Shown piece after piece: positions 52,080 through 64,000 of a DNA stretch of 64,000 nucleotides. The notes under the pieces are model-generated. The model saw only the letters and a program-made list of their open reading frames with translations. It did no database searches and had not been told where the DNA came from. Position 1 is the first letter of the stretch. Each line of letters begins with the position of its first letter. The stretch comes from Octopus vulgaris (lineage: Eukaryota): contig OX597833.1 in assembly GCA_951406725.2 (NCBI GenBank), positions 45,136,001-45,200,000 on the forward strand. Reading direction: 5' to 3'. Position numbers and translations under genes: made by a program.

Positions 52080-53164
52080 CTGTTTTAAAGATTAATAAAG
52101 ATAAAATAAACAACAGTGTATCAGTAATATCAGGCTAAAATAGGTCAATAAACTGTAAAAGTTTCATCAAAGAAGTGATGAGGAAGGATATATGGCTAAA
52201 CCTTCATCATCATCATCATCATCATCATTGTTTAACATCCGTTTTCCATGCTAGTATGGGTTGGACAGTTCAACTGGGGTCTGGGAAGCCAGGAGGCTGC
52301 ACCAGGCTCCGGTCTGATCTGACAGTGTTTCTACAGCTGGATGCCCTTCCTTATGCCAACCATTCCGTGAGTGTAGTGGGTGCTTTTTACGTGCCACCTG
52401 CACAGGTGCCAGGGGAGGCTGGCAACGTCCACGATCAGTTGGTGCTTTTTACATGCCACTGGCATGGAAGCCAGTCAAGGTGGCGCTGGCATTGCCCATG
52501 TTCGGATGGTGCTTCTTATGTGCCACTGGCATGGGTATCACAACTACAATTTCCATTTAATTTTTATTTTGATGTTGATGTACTTGACTCAATAGGTCTC
52601 CTCAAGCACAGCAGGTCGCCCTACGATCCTCACAAGGACTAATGTAAAGTGATATTAGCAACAAGATACTTTTCTACATAGATGTGACCATTGAAGTGTT
52701 GTTATTAAGGTGGCGAGGGCAGTGAGCTGGCGGAATTGTTAACACGCTGGCCAAAATGCTTAGTGGCATTTCACTCATCTTCACGTTCTGATTTCAAATT
52801 GCGCCAAGGTTGACTTTACCTTTCATCCTTCTGGGAATAAGTACCAGTTGAACATTGGGGTTGATGTAATCAACTTACCTCTGAACCAACCAAATTTGCT
52901 GGCCTTGTGCCAAAATTTGAAATCATTATTAAGATGGTGAGCTTGCAGAATCGTTAGCATGCCACATAAAATGCTGCTAAGTATTTTGCCTGTCTTTACA
53001 TATTCTGAGTTCAGCTTTGCCTGTCACCCTTTCTTTTGGGGTTGATTGAAATAAGTGCCAGTTGGGTACCAAGTTCAATGTAATCGACTTACCTTCCAAT
53101 CCCCCAAAACTGCTAACCTTGTACCAAAATTTGAAGCCCTTTAGCATTCAGATTACTCTGTTTA

Positions 53165-53425
53165 ATGAATGCTACTCAAGGATGCTATGAATGGCAGCAA
53201 CATATGACAAATGAATGCCTTCATGGAAACCTGCCAAAAGTTAGCGAGAAGATCAGGCAAAGATGGCTGCGACTATCTAGTCACAGTATGCACGACCCTG
53301 AATTGGGAGCACCCAAATTAGTTTTGCCAGACCTACTTCATGGAGATGTAGGAAGAGGAAAACGTCATCACACTTACGTAGACAACTTGATGTCAGACAC
53401 TGGACTTTGTTGTTGTGGCCCAGGT
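53165..53425 (+). mobile_element. C-terminal fragment of a second RTE-like LINE family (related copy at ~58690-59010)
   Basis: WQQHMTNECLHGNLPKVSEKIRQRWLRLSSH...GRGKRHHTYVDNL; the copy at 58701 has QQHMTNECLY...IRQRQLQLSGHC...LVLWNPLHG. Confidence 0.75.
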
Positions 53426-53455
53426 CGGAACCTAGCCATAATAATAATAATAATG

Positions 53456-53491
<36 letters not shown>

Positions 53492-53502
53492 TGATGATAA
53501 TG

Positions 53503-53545
<43 letters not shown>

Positions 53546-54057
53546 TAATAATAATAATATAATGCTTATTTATCCACATTGTTTTCAATTAATCATGCAT
53601 TATCTCATAGCTTTGAGATTTCAATAAAGTGACTATATATTTTTAGAATGACATTGCAGGTTATGTATGAGAGGCCAGTCCTGATTGGTTTGGATATAAA
53701 ACAGGCAAAATATCTGGGCCAGTTATGGCCAGTTTAACCCTTTAGAATTCAAACCAGCCATATCCAGCCAAAATATTTAACCTGTTTTATGTTGAAACTG
53801 TCCAGATCTGGCCTCTCACTCCAACCCTACAATGTCAGTCTAAAAATTAAACAATCACATCTCTTTTACTTGTTTCAGTCATTTGAGTGTGGCCATGCTG
53901 GAGCACCGCCCTTAGTCGAGCAAATCGACCCCAGGACTTATTCTTTGTAAGCCTAGTACTTATTCTATCAGTCACTTTTGTTGAACCGCTAAGTTACGGT
54001 GCCGTAAACACACCAGCATCGGTTGTCAAGCGATGTTGGGGGGGGGGACAAACACAG

Positions 54058-54095
<38 letters not shown>

Positions 54096-54412
54096 TCATA
54101 TATACGACGGGCTTCTTTCAGTTTCCATCTACCAAATCCACTCACAAGGCTTTGGTCGATCCGAGGCTATAGTAGAAGACACTTGCCCAAGGTGCCACGC
54201 AGTAGGACTGAACCCGGAACCATGTGGTTGGTAAACAAGCTACTTACCACACAGCCACTCCTAAGCCTAAGTATCATTGAAATCTCTACGACTACAAGAT
54301 AATGCATGATTAATTCAAAACAACATGAATAAATAAATATCATATTTGACAGAGTAATTTGAATACTAAAGGGTTAAATGCTAAAAAGTGAAGTGCATCA
54401 ATCTAAATATAC

Positions 54413-54500
54413 CTGTGGCCACTGCTCAATGTAAGGTGTCAGCATCATGAGACGATCTTCAACAGCATTTTGAATAAATACACGTGTGGAGGGCTTTGAA
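54413..54500 (-). CDS. COQ9: COQ9 exon (88 nt) [29 protein letters not shown]
   Basis: gatttcag| ... |gtatat; phase 2 to 0; AVExRL..L.PYIE.WP motif. Confidence 0.93.
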
Positions 54501-55362
54501 CTGAAATCAATAATGAACGGAGAAGACAACATCAGTACGAGTATCTCTACATAAGCATAACAAAAAGACGAATGATGAGAAAGCCATTTTTAAATGGGTG
54601 CTGGCATGGTCATGTGGCATGGTCATGTGGTTCACTTTTTAATTATGTGGTTCTACTTTTGTTCCCACTGACATATTAAGCAACAGCCCTTGACTGAGAT
54701 TGCTGAATGTCTTGGGAATGAAATTTGGTAGACAGAAATTGTGTGGAAGACAGTTGAATATGTGTGTATGTATGAGTGTGATCATTAGTTTGTTACTTAT
54801 TCTATGCTTGCAGTTTGGACAGACTTTCTCTAGCACTATGTCTCACCAATTGCTATGGTTTCTAGCTGTCTTTCTTAGATTCAGTAAACCAAGACAAACC
54901 TGCAACACTACTTCCCATGCCATCTTCTACAGGCAACTTTCCCCTGGACTGTCTACAACTTCTTCCTTCCAACTGTTATCCTTCATATGCTCAAACATGT
55001 CCTTCCTAGAACAGTCTTCTTTCTAGTATAGTACAGCCAATTCCATTCCTCCTGTATCCATTTCCCCCCTCTGTTCATTTGAGCTGAGAGGGTGGTTACC
55101 ACATTCAACAATACTTTTAAGAACCAGAGGAAATTCTTTGGTTGCCTGAGTGGTTTTGTTAGGAGCTTCCTTATACATGCAAATGCTGTATAGCTTGTGC
55201 TGTCAATTGAAGCAATGAAACCTAACCTCTGCTAGTTATAAAAGCTTCTGAGTTACCTGATTCTTCTTGTACCTGAATATGCTTCTTGTTTTCCCCATTA
55301 TGATAAGATAGTTTAATAACCTGTTGCATTGTATTTCATTATCTACCCATATACAAAGCACA

Positions 55363-56199
55363 TCTATATATATAAATCTCAACTTGTATGTCTGTGTATG
55401 TATCTGTGTGTGTGTCTGTGTGTTTAACTTCCCGGCACATCTCCTAGCCAACAAATTGTAGAACCACCAAAAATGGGTCACTTAAAGTTTAGGCGAATGA
55501 AAATTGAACTGCGCTATTTCTGTTCCAAAATTCATCTCGCAAGTGCAAAAATTGATAATGTGTTTGTTTAGGCATTACCCCATGCATTGAATAGTGAACT
55601 TTACTCAGTCAGTTGTTTGACGTGAACTGTGTTTACCACAGGTGCAAGCATGCGTAAATTGCATGAAAAATAAAAAATCAAGATATAAAAACGAATCGCC
55701 GTAAACATTGTAGAAATTCAGCAAAGAAATGAATTTTCGGGATGTAGCTTGGAGGGTTTTTTCGTATTAAACGTTTGGACTTTGTGAACACATACCAATT
55801 GTTTTCATAACATTTTTCACGCTTTGAATTAAATGTGACCATTTTGCATTGAGTCTGCAGTTTGAATCACTTTAACCAAATTTTAGCAGGCTGGATTTTT
55901 GATCATCACGATACATCGCCAGCGACTCCCTGAAACTCTCCCCTGAAATCTCCGTTGAGAAATACTGATCTAAAAGAATAATTCAACAACGCAATTATTT
56001 GATACAATGCAATTAAACTAAAAATTTATGAAACGCTTCTATGTACTTCCTATTGAGGAAATGGAATACATAAGCGCAAAAATAGAGGGCATTAAATGCT
56101 TGATTTTAAAACCAAAATAATTGAATTTTGATTGAACTTCATCCAAGTTTAGCTTAATTCACGCGTGCATAGAACGCACGAACCGGGCAATACTGCTAG
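55363..56199 (+). mobile_element. Non-autonomous Helitron, longer subfamily
   Basis: A|TC start; 3' ...cgtgcatagaacgcacg..ccgggcaatactgCTAG|T. Confidence 0.75.
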
Positions 56200-57149
56200 T
56201 CTTCCATATTTTGCTTCTTGAACAAGTAACTTTTATTGATAATAATGAGGGTGTGAAGGTAATTTTTGTGATGGCTCTTATTGTTGACATGGGTCAAATT
56301 TAAATACTTACAACCCCACCCTCACCAACACTAAATCATCATCATCATTATTTTGTGTCCATTTTCCATGCTGGCATGGGATAAATGGTTAGACTGGAAC
56401 TGGTAGGCTGGAGAGCTGCACCAGGCTCCAGTCTGTTTCGGCTTGGTTTCTATGGCTCAATGCCCTTCTTAAAACCAATCACTCTACCGAGGTCCCTTTA
56501 ATGTGTCACTAGCAAGGGTGCCTCAAACGTGTCACTGGCATGGGTGCCTTTAACCCTTTCAGTACCAGCTCTGGCTCTGTAGTACAAATGTCTTGTTTTC
56601 ATAAGTTTTGAATTAAAATCTTCCACCAAACCTTAGTCACAATTTATGTTCCTAACACTAGCTTAATGATAACTAAGTTATTTTACTAAATTCTCTGTGA
56701 TATTTAAAATTAATTAAAAGAAACACAGAGCATCTCAAAATATATACGGTAATAAAAGGGTTAACATGTCACTAGCACGAATAGCTTTTACGTGTCACCT
56801 TTTACCTATATATAACTGACATTTGCTAGCTTTTAATTTCCTCAGCACAGCAAACCTTATATCTACTGTGATGCTTTTCTTCAGCATCATAGATGAACTT
56901 TCAACACTTACAACTTCAAGTGCTTGTGAATTATTGTGGGAGTATGGGTATGCTTGAGTGTGAATCATAGTTTCTTACATGTTTGCATACAATTACTATA
57001 ATCATGTATTAATGTTACAATGAAAATATAGTCACTGAGAAGTGATAAAAAGATGTTAAACAGGGTATCACTGAAGTTTAATGACATTTCAGATTTTAGA
57101 TGTAATGTCTAAATTAAGTTCAGTGATAAAATATGATAGCTGTTATTAC

Positions 57150-57291
57150 CTTTCATCCATCTCTTTACATTTCTTGTCTAGGTTTTCAGCCAACTTCTTA
57201 TTGCAGTCTTGGTAAAAATAATTCACAAGGTCAGCACCTCCTTTAGGGAACATACCATGGCTTACACTTGGGTATCCTACAGCTTCAGCAC
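57150..57291 (-). CDS. COQ9: COQ9 exon (142 nt) AEAVGYPSVSHGMFPKGGADLVNYFYQDCNKKLAENLDKKCKEMDES
   Basis: ttgcaag| ... |gtaata; phase 1 to 2; MF.xG.xL motif. Confidence 0.9.
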
Positions 57292-57912
57292 CTTGCAATA
57301 AAACAGATAGTATCAAGGTAAAACAAAGAGTTTGCAAAAAGAGTTTTAACATAAATGTCTAAATATATGAGAGATGTTGTTCAATAAATTATTGTTTAGG
57401 ACAACCGGCATCTCCTATGCTATAGAATTCTGTGTTCCTGAAAATTTTTTTCTATCATGTGGAAATCCATAATGCAAAACTTATTTTTCTGTTGATTTCC
57501 ATGCTATAAATTTAGATTCGTTTTCATGGAATTTTTTTGAAAAATAAATATAAAAAAAAAAAAGAAGCAAAATGTCACTTTTATACATGAACATTTTCAT
57601 TTTTAAATATACACATCACAATGTGTATACATAAAAACATCTGAAGACAAATACAAGAGGGAATAAATAAGAACATAGTAATGTAATAGTATGATACTGA
57701 CTAACCGCAATTGTGTATATTATGTGGGAGATTTTTTTCTATTAAAAACAATATGATGATAAGGCTGGGTTTGGCCAGCTTTAATGCTTAAGTACTAAGT
57801 TGTATTACATGAGTTTAATGTTTGTAATTAGATATATTTTATTAAATTACTTAGTTACTAATACAACCTCTTCGGAAAACTTAAACTGAAATATGAGAAG
57901 AAATAGTTTTAC

Positions 57913-58037
57913 CATCAATAAGTGCTTTTCTCGAAAATCCATGCACTTGAACAAATTGCAGTGATGCAGCTAATATTTTCTGTTTTATATCTTCATCAGA
58001 TGGACTTTCTTTGTCATGACTATCATTTGAGTCAGAC
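57913..58037 (-). CDS. COQ9: COQ9 exon (125 nt) [42 protein letters not shown]
   Basis: tttgcag| ... |gtaaaa; phase 2 to 1; COQ9 N-terminal helix motif. Confidence 0.9.
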
Positions 58038-60377
58038 CTGCAAACATAAAAAAAAAAAATCAAACCTTATATTTTAGAGATGAGACTTATAACTAGTTGA
58101 GATGTCAAAGTATTGATTTACTAGTAGAAAAATTGACAGTTTAAAGCACTGGGGTCCATATGGTTCCTTGAGGGTCTTTGTAACAAAATAGTAAATTGGG
58201 GATCCACAATAGTATTTTAAGGGCCCCTGAAAAAATTTTGCTTTAGATGTATGTATTGGTATGTGTTGCAAGAAACTCCGAGGTTTCTTTCGTTAAACAT
58301 TTTACATAAACTTCCACAAGTTTAATGTGTGGAAAACAAAATAAGAATTTTGAAAGAAGTTTCTTTAAAACTGGGTGTCCACAAGAATGAAATAGTAATC
58401 AAAAGGGTCCATAGATAAAAAAATGGTTGAGAAATCTCTGGTTTGAAGCCTGTCAGCAGCAATGTATTAGGTTAGAGATGAAGGCTTGATAATTAAGACA
58501 CAATGGCTAATCCACTGAGTAGTAAAGAGCTATCATAACTAAGAATGTCTACTTGTTATCAGAAGCAAGGAATAGAATGCTGAGATCAAACCTTCTTATT
58601 CATAAAGCAGCAGGTGACTAGTATCATATCCAGGAAGGGAAATATCTAATATCTAATCTGATATTTGTGTTCAGTCTAATTTTGGCAGCTGACCCTAAAT
58701 GTGAAAGGTCAGCAACATATGACAAATGAATGCCTTTATGAAGACCAGTTGAAAGTTAGTGAGATCAGGCAAAGACAGCTGCAACTATCTGGTCACTGCA
58801 TGCAATACTCTGAACTGGAAGCAACCAAATTAGTCTTGTGGAACCCTCTTCATGGTGATGTTAGAAGAGGAAAACATTGTCACATCTACATCAACAACTT
58901 GATTTCAGACATTGGCCTGGAATGTATCCAGGACCTCGAGGCAGTGATGTTGGACTGAGATGTGTGGTGGGTAAACTTTGTTGCAGTGGTTTGGGTTGAA
59001 ACCTGGTCATAAAAAACTATAAATCTAATACCTGCTTAATTCTGTGAAGACTGATGTATAACGTTTCACATGGTGAGTCAACAAAAGAGCTTCTATGCAG
59101 TAGAAATAGTAGCCAAATTTCCTTCAAATCACAACCTACCATCTTAAAGAAGATGATATCTTAAAACCTATGTTGGATCATGCAGTATTGAATACACAAT
59201 GTCTTGGGGATGGAAGGCCTAGAACACTTTTGGTTATAGGTTTGCTCAATAAACCCCAGCCTGGTGTGGAACAACAACAACTTTGCATTGACAATGAATA
59301 AAAAGTAAACTTAATTTTTAAATACTTCAGACATCATCATCACCATCATCATTATCATCATTATTATTTAACGTCCGTTGTCCATGCTGGCATGTGTTGC
59401 AGGGTTTGACCAGGCTGGCAAGCTGAAAGGTAGCACCAAACTCCAGTCTGATTTGGCATGGTTCTCTATAGCTGGATGCCTTTCCTAACACCAACCACTC
59501 CAAGACTGTAATGGGTGCTTTTACATGCCACCGGCATGGGTGACATTTGTGTGATGCTGGGGTGCTTTTACATGCCACTGGTGCGGGTGCCAATTTGCAT
59601 GACACTGGTGTCTGCCACAACTGCGATTTCGCTTGGCTTGATGGGTCTTCCTCTCAAGCATGACACAATGCCAAAGGTCTCAGTCATTGCCTCTATGAGG
59701 CCCAACACTCGAAAGGAACTCAGTCACTATGTCTCTGTGAGGCTCAACACTTGAAAGGAATTCAGCCACTTTGCACACACACACACACAAATCAGGATTC
59801 CACAGTTTCTGTCTGCCAAATATCAATCACAATGCTAAAAGCATCCAGTACACACTGTAAAGTGGTTGGCATTAAGAAGGACATCCAGCTGTAGAAACCA
59901 AGCCAAATCAAATTGGAACCTGGTGCAGCTCTCCAGCTTTGGTCAAACTGTCCAACCCATGCCAGCATGGAAAATGGACGTTACATGATGATGATAATGA
60001 TAACGATGATGATGATGATGATGAAAATACTAGTCAGCTTAACCCTTTAGTATTCAAACCAGCCATATCCAGCCAAAATCTTATACCTGTTTTATGTTCA
60101 ATCTGTCAAAATCTGGCCTCTTACCCAACAATGTCAGTCTAAAAAGTAATAATCACATCTTTGAAACTTCAAAGTTACAAGATAATGCATGATTAATTCA
60201 AAACAATGCAAATTAATAAGTATTAAATTTGACAGAGTGATCTGAATGCTAAAAGGTTAAAGGTGTGGTAGAAGACATTTTTCCAAGACTTAGTTCAGAA
60301 CGCCACACAGTGGGACTGAACCCAAAACCATGTGGTTGGGAAGCAAACTTCTTACCACACAGCCATGCCTTTAATAA

Positions 60378-61020
60378 TACTGTGTAACACAATTTTTGTT
60401 ATTGGATGGAAACTGTTATTTCCTATGTGCTTACCCCCAGGAAGTATGAAAAGTGGCTAATATTTCTTTTGAACCTTGCTTTTCTTACATTTACTCAAAC
60501 CCCAAAGAATCCCTCTCAATACATGGCTATGATGATCCACCACACATTGTTAGCCACTAATGGATATGCTCAAATGGTTATGGTCAAGCAACTGACAGGC
60601 AAATCGGTGGTATCGAGCAGAATATTTGCTGTAACTATATTTCTACGTTCTGAGTTCAAATTCCGCCGAGGTCGACTTTGCCTTTCATCCTTTCGGGGTC
60701 GATAAATAAAGTACCAGTTACGCTCTGGGATCGATGTAATCGACTTAATCCCTTTGTCTGTCCTTGTTTGTCCCCTCTATGTTTAACCCTTTGTGGGCAG
60801 TAAAGAAATATATATTTCTACTTCAAGAAACTCAGTGCTGAATCTGTCTGAAATGTAATGGAAAATAGGCCAGTTTCAAAACATTGATGTCCAGGTCACA
60901 AAAGCAAAATTTGAAGGGAATGGTAGTCATTTCCTGTGATTCCTAGATAGAAGCAAATTGGAAATACCACTTACTGACCAAAGACAAGAGAAAAAAAATT
61001 TAATTTTGTGACACAGTGTA
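60378..61020. mobile_element. MITE with TA-flanked ends, interrupted by a SINE (inverted related copy ~45445-45930; fragment 44220-44355)
   Basis: Ends tactgtgtaacacaatt / aattttgtgacacagtgta; the internal sequence is the reverse complement of 45460-45930. Confidence 0.65.
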
Positions 61021-62240
61021 ATTATTTTATCAACCCATTGCATGATTTGAACTAAGAATGTAATGAGCTGTAGTTAAATGCTGAAAGTAATTTTGTCCAA
61101 CATGTTGTTGATTTTACCAATCCACACCTATAATTGCAATCTTTATAGACACAAGTGAGCTATTTTAGGCAAAACTGTTGTTTTCATTGACAAAATCCTT
61201 CACATCTTAAAACCAAAAGATGTATGACTCCTTAATAATAATAAAAAAGAAACCAAAAAGAAATAACTAATTTAGCATAGATATATTAGACCAGTGGATC
61301 TTAACTGGTCCACATGACCCTTGCGGGTCCACAGAAGATTTTGTTAAAATTTATGTGCTATAAACTGCCCTTCCCAATGCCAACCACTCCAAGAGTGTAG
61401 GGGTGCCTTTTATGTGTCACCAAACCCAATAAATTACTGGTACTTGTCAAACTTTAGAAGAATGTAAAGTAGTGTTGATTCAAGCAGGAATTGAACTCAG
61501 ATTCCAGGGGAAATAATGAAACTAAGTACTGTAAGGAATCTAGTTTGGTGTTCATTGATTTCTATTGGAATATATTCTTCAAATAAACACAACAAAAGCA
61601 AGAGGAAGTCTGACTTCATTTAATATCAAAGACGAAATACTCTGAGTTAGAGGGAATCTCTACATGGTTGTATGGGATAATGGGGTTGGGGAGCCTGCTA
61701 GAAATAGCAACCAAATCTCTATCTTAAAAAAAGGATATGTTGTATAGTCCTTGATGCTCCCCAAAGCCCACCCTACAAACTTAAAAAGGACATATAATGT
61801 ATTGCCCTATGCCCTCTACAAAAACTTGTGGCTTAGTGGTTAGGGTGTCAGCATCATAATCGTAAGATTGTGGTTTCGATTCCTGAACCGGGCGACGCAT
61901 TGTGTTCTTGAGCAAAACACTTCATTTCACGTTGCTCCAGTCCACTCAGCTGGCAAAAATGAGTAACGCCGTGATGGACTGGTGTCCCATCCAGCTTGGG
62001 AACGCATACGCCACAGAAACCGGGAAAACGGGCCCATGAGCCTGGATAGGCTTTAAAAGGGCGCATTTATTTTTTTCTAATATTTAATTATAAAAATGTT
62101 TTTTTTTAAACATTGAATGGCTAGGTGGATCCATCTGAGTAAAATAAGAATCAAAGAGATCCATTGGTAAAATGTGATTGAGAAATACTGATTAAGACTA
62201 ATGTAGCCCTCTGAATAAGAGAAAAAGATTTGGTACTCAC

Positions 62241-62334
62241 TCATTAGGAGTGGTGGACTGTTCCTTTGAGTGTCCATCATCAGTGCTAAAGGTTCTTGTT
62301 GCATGGCAGCTAACTATTCCTCCTGAAGATCGAC
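62241..62334 (-). CDS. COQ9: COQ9 internal exon (94 nt), presequence region RSSGGIVSCHATRTFSTDDGHSKEQSTTPNE
   Basis: Acceptor tttcag|, donor |gtgagt. Ends in phase 2, matching the next exon. RTFST resembles a mitochondrial presequence cleavage motif. This part of the protein is poorly conserved. Confidence 0.7.
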
Positions 62335-62360
62335 CTGAAACAAAACAGGATGATGTTATA

Positions 62361-62581
62361 TATATTTCTTTACTGCTCACAAGGAGCTAAACATAGAGGG
62401 GACAAACAAGGACAGACAAAGGGATTAAGTCGATTACATCGACCCCAGTGCGAAACTGGTACTTTATTTATCGACCCTGAAAGGATGAAAGGCAAAGTCG
62501 ACCTCAGAACGTAATAACAGACGAAGTACCGCTAAGCATTTTGCCCGGTGCGCTAACATTCCTGCCAGCTCGCCACCTTCA
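62361..62581 (-). mobile_element. SINE family 2 copy next to a COQ9 splice acceptor
   Basis: 19-bp TSD aaaacaggatgatgttata at 62342-62360 and 62582-62600. Confidence 0.88.
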
Positions 62582-64000
62582 AAAACAGGATGATGTTATA
62601 CCTAACGTTTGGTGACACACAAACACACATCCATCATGTGTGTACAATGGTTGATGAATTGAGGATAGGTGACACAGGGTTTGAGAAGAATTCTTCAATT
62701 TTGCCTAAGACAAGACAAACGCCCACTATAATGTTGGTGCCATAAAAATTGCACCCAGTATACTCTGTAAAGCAGTTCAGGTTTGAAAAATGGCATCCGT
62801 CCATAGAAACCAAGCCAAAAATGTGACACAGGAGTAAAGCATAGTCCTTCAACCAGATGGATCCTGTTAAACAGTCCAACCCATGCCAGCGTGAGAAGCA
62901 CACATAAAAAAAAAATGACGACGACAATAATGATGGGTGTAAGCTTTTGCACAATTTATGCCTACCAAATTTCACCTATGTAGGCATTGGTTAAACTGAC
63001 GCAGTGATAGAAGACACTGGCCCAAAATACTGCAGAATGGGATTGAACCAGGAACCATGTGGTTATATACAACGAACTTCTTAACTAATATAGCTATTCC
63101 TGCATAGCCTACTGAATAAGGTAAAAAAGTCAACTTTGTTAAGATTAAATAGTCACTTGGATCATCATCATTTAGTGTCCATTTTCCATGCTGGCATGGC
63201 TTAGGTGGTTTGACTGGATTGGTAAACCAGAAAGCAGTACCAGATTCCAGTCTGATTTGGCTTGGTTTCAACCACTGGATGCCCTTCCCAAAATCAACCA
63301 CTCCAAGAGTGTAGTGGGTGCCTTTTACGTGTCACCAAAACCAATAAACTACTGGTACTTGTCAAACTTTAGAAGAATGTAAAGTAGTGTTGATTCAGGC
63401 AGGATTTGAACTCAGATTCCAGGGGAAATAATGAAACTAAGTACTGTAAGGAATCTAGTTTGGTGTTCATTGCTATCTATTGGAATATATTCTTCAAATA
63501 AACACAACAAAAGCAAGAGGAAGTCTGACTTCATTTAATATCAAAGACGAAATACTCTGAGTTAGAGGGAATCTCTACATGGTTGTATGGGATAATGGAG
63601 TTGGGTAGGGGACAGGACTCTACATGGTTGCTCAGCCTGCTAGAAATAGCAACCAAATCACTATCTTAAAAAAAGGATATGTTGTATAGTCCTTGATGTC
63701 CCCCAAAGCCCCACCCTACAAACTTAAAAAGGCCACATAATGTAATGCTGTATGCCCTCTACAACTGACAAGATGGTCATCACTGGAATGCCTTTGATTA
63801 TAGGTCTGCTTGAACATGGCTGACCTGGTGTTAAAAACCAACAAAAAATCACTACTCGTGATGCTGTGATTAAAAGGTTGAGGCTGCTTCAAGTGAAATT
63901 CAGCAAGTTAACATTTTCAATGACTTCTAATATTTCAAAGATTTCTAATATTTAGTAACTCTTGACAAATTCTTTAACTTACAAACTTACTGCTTGTTTC

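Larger units (their letters stand above)
36876..62334 (-). other. COQ9: Ubiquinone biosynthesis protein COQ9 gene span (5' exon outside the window)
   Basis: Eight exons with GT/AG boundaries and matching phases splice into one ORF containing [57 protein letters not shown] and YMLQDKSEDFENT, the hallmark COQ9 motifs. Confidence 0.95.
61366..63764 (+). repeat. Local direct duplication of ~455-485 bp (61366-61821 and 63280-63764)
   Basis: Long stretches are identical, e.g. gaactcagattccaggggaaataatgaaactaagtactgtaaggaatctagtttgg. Confidence 0.93.

Overview
Eukaryotic, AT-rich, repeat-dense genomic DNA. The SINE, RTE and microsatellite content suggests an octopus or other coleoid cephalopod (inference). 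Two host genes face each other. (1) An intronless SOCS6 CDS (3184-5190, +) encodes a long low-complexity N-terminus, an SH2 domain and a SOCS box. (2) COQ9 lies on the minus strand; I rebuilt it by hand from 8 phase-consistent GT-AG exons (62334 down to 36876), and its first exon lies beyond the window. The rest is a mosaic of (TA/TG)n microsatellites, at least three tRNA-derived SINE families, RTE and CR1 LINE pieces, Tc1 and mariner relics, piggyBac-type and hAT-type MITEs, non-autonomous Helitrons and a ~780-bp foldback palindrome. The most interesting items are: a near-full-length RTE LINE in a COQ9 intron, with a C4HC3 PHD finger inside its RT C-terminal region and a single TGA stop; two tandem arrays built from hairpin modules of the RTE 3' UTR (an alternating A/B ~61-bp array and a ~335-bp multimer); a minimal Penelope-type hammerhead ribozyme motif; and a hAT MITE that captured ~455 bp of nearby DNA. 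Most short ORFs in the supplied track are microsatellite or SINE artefacts.
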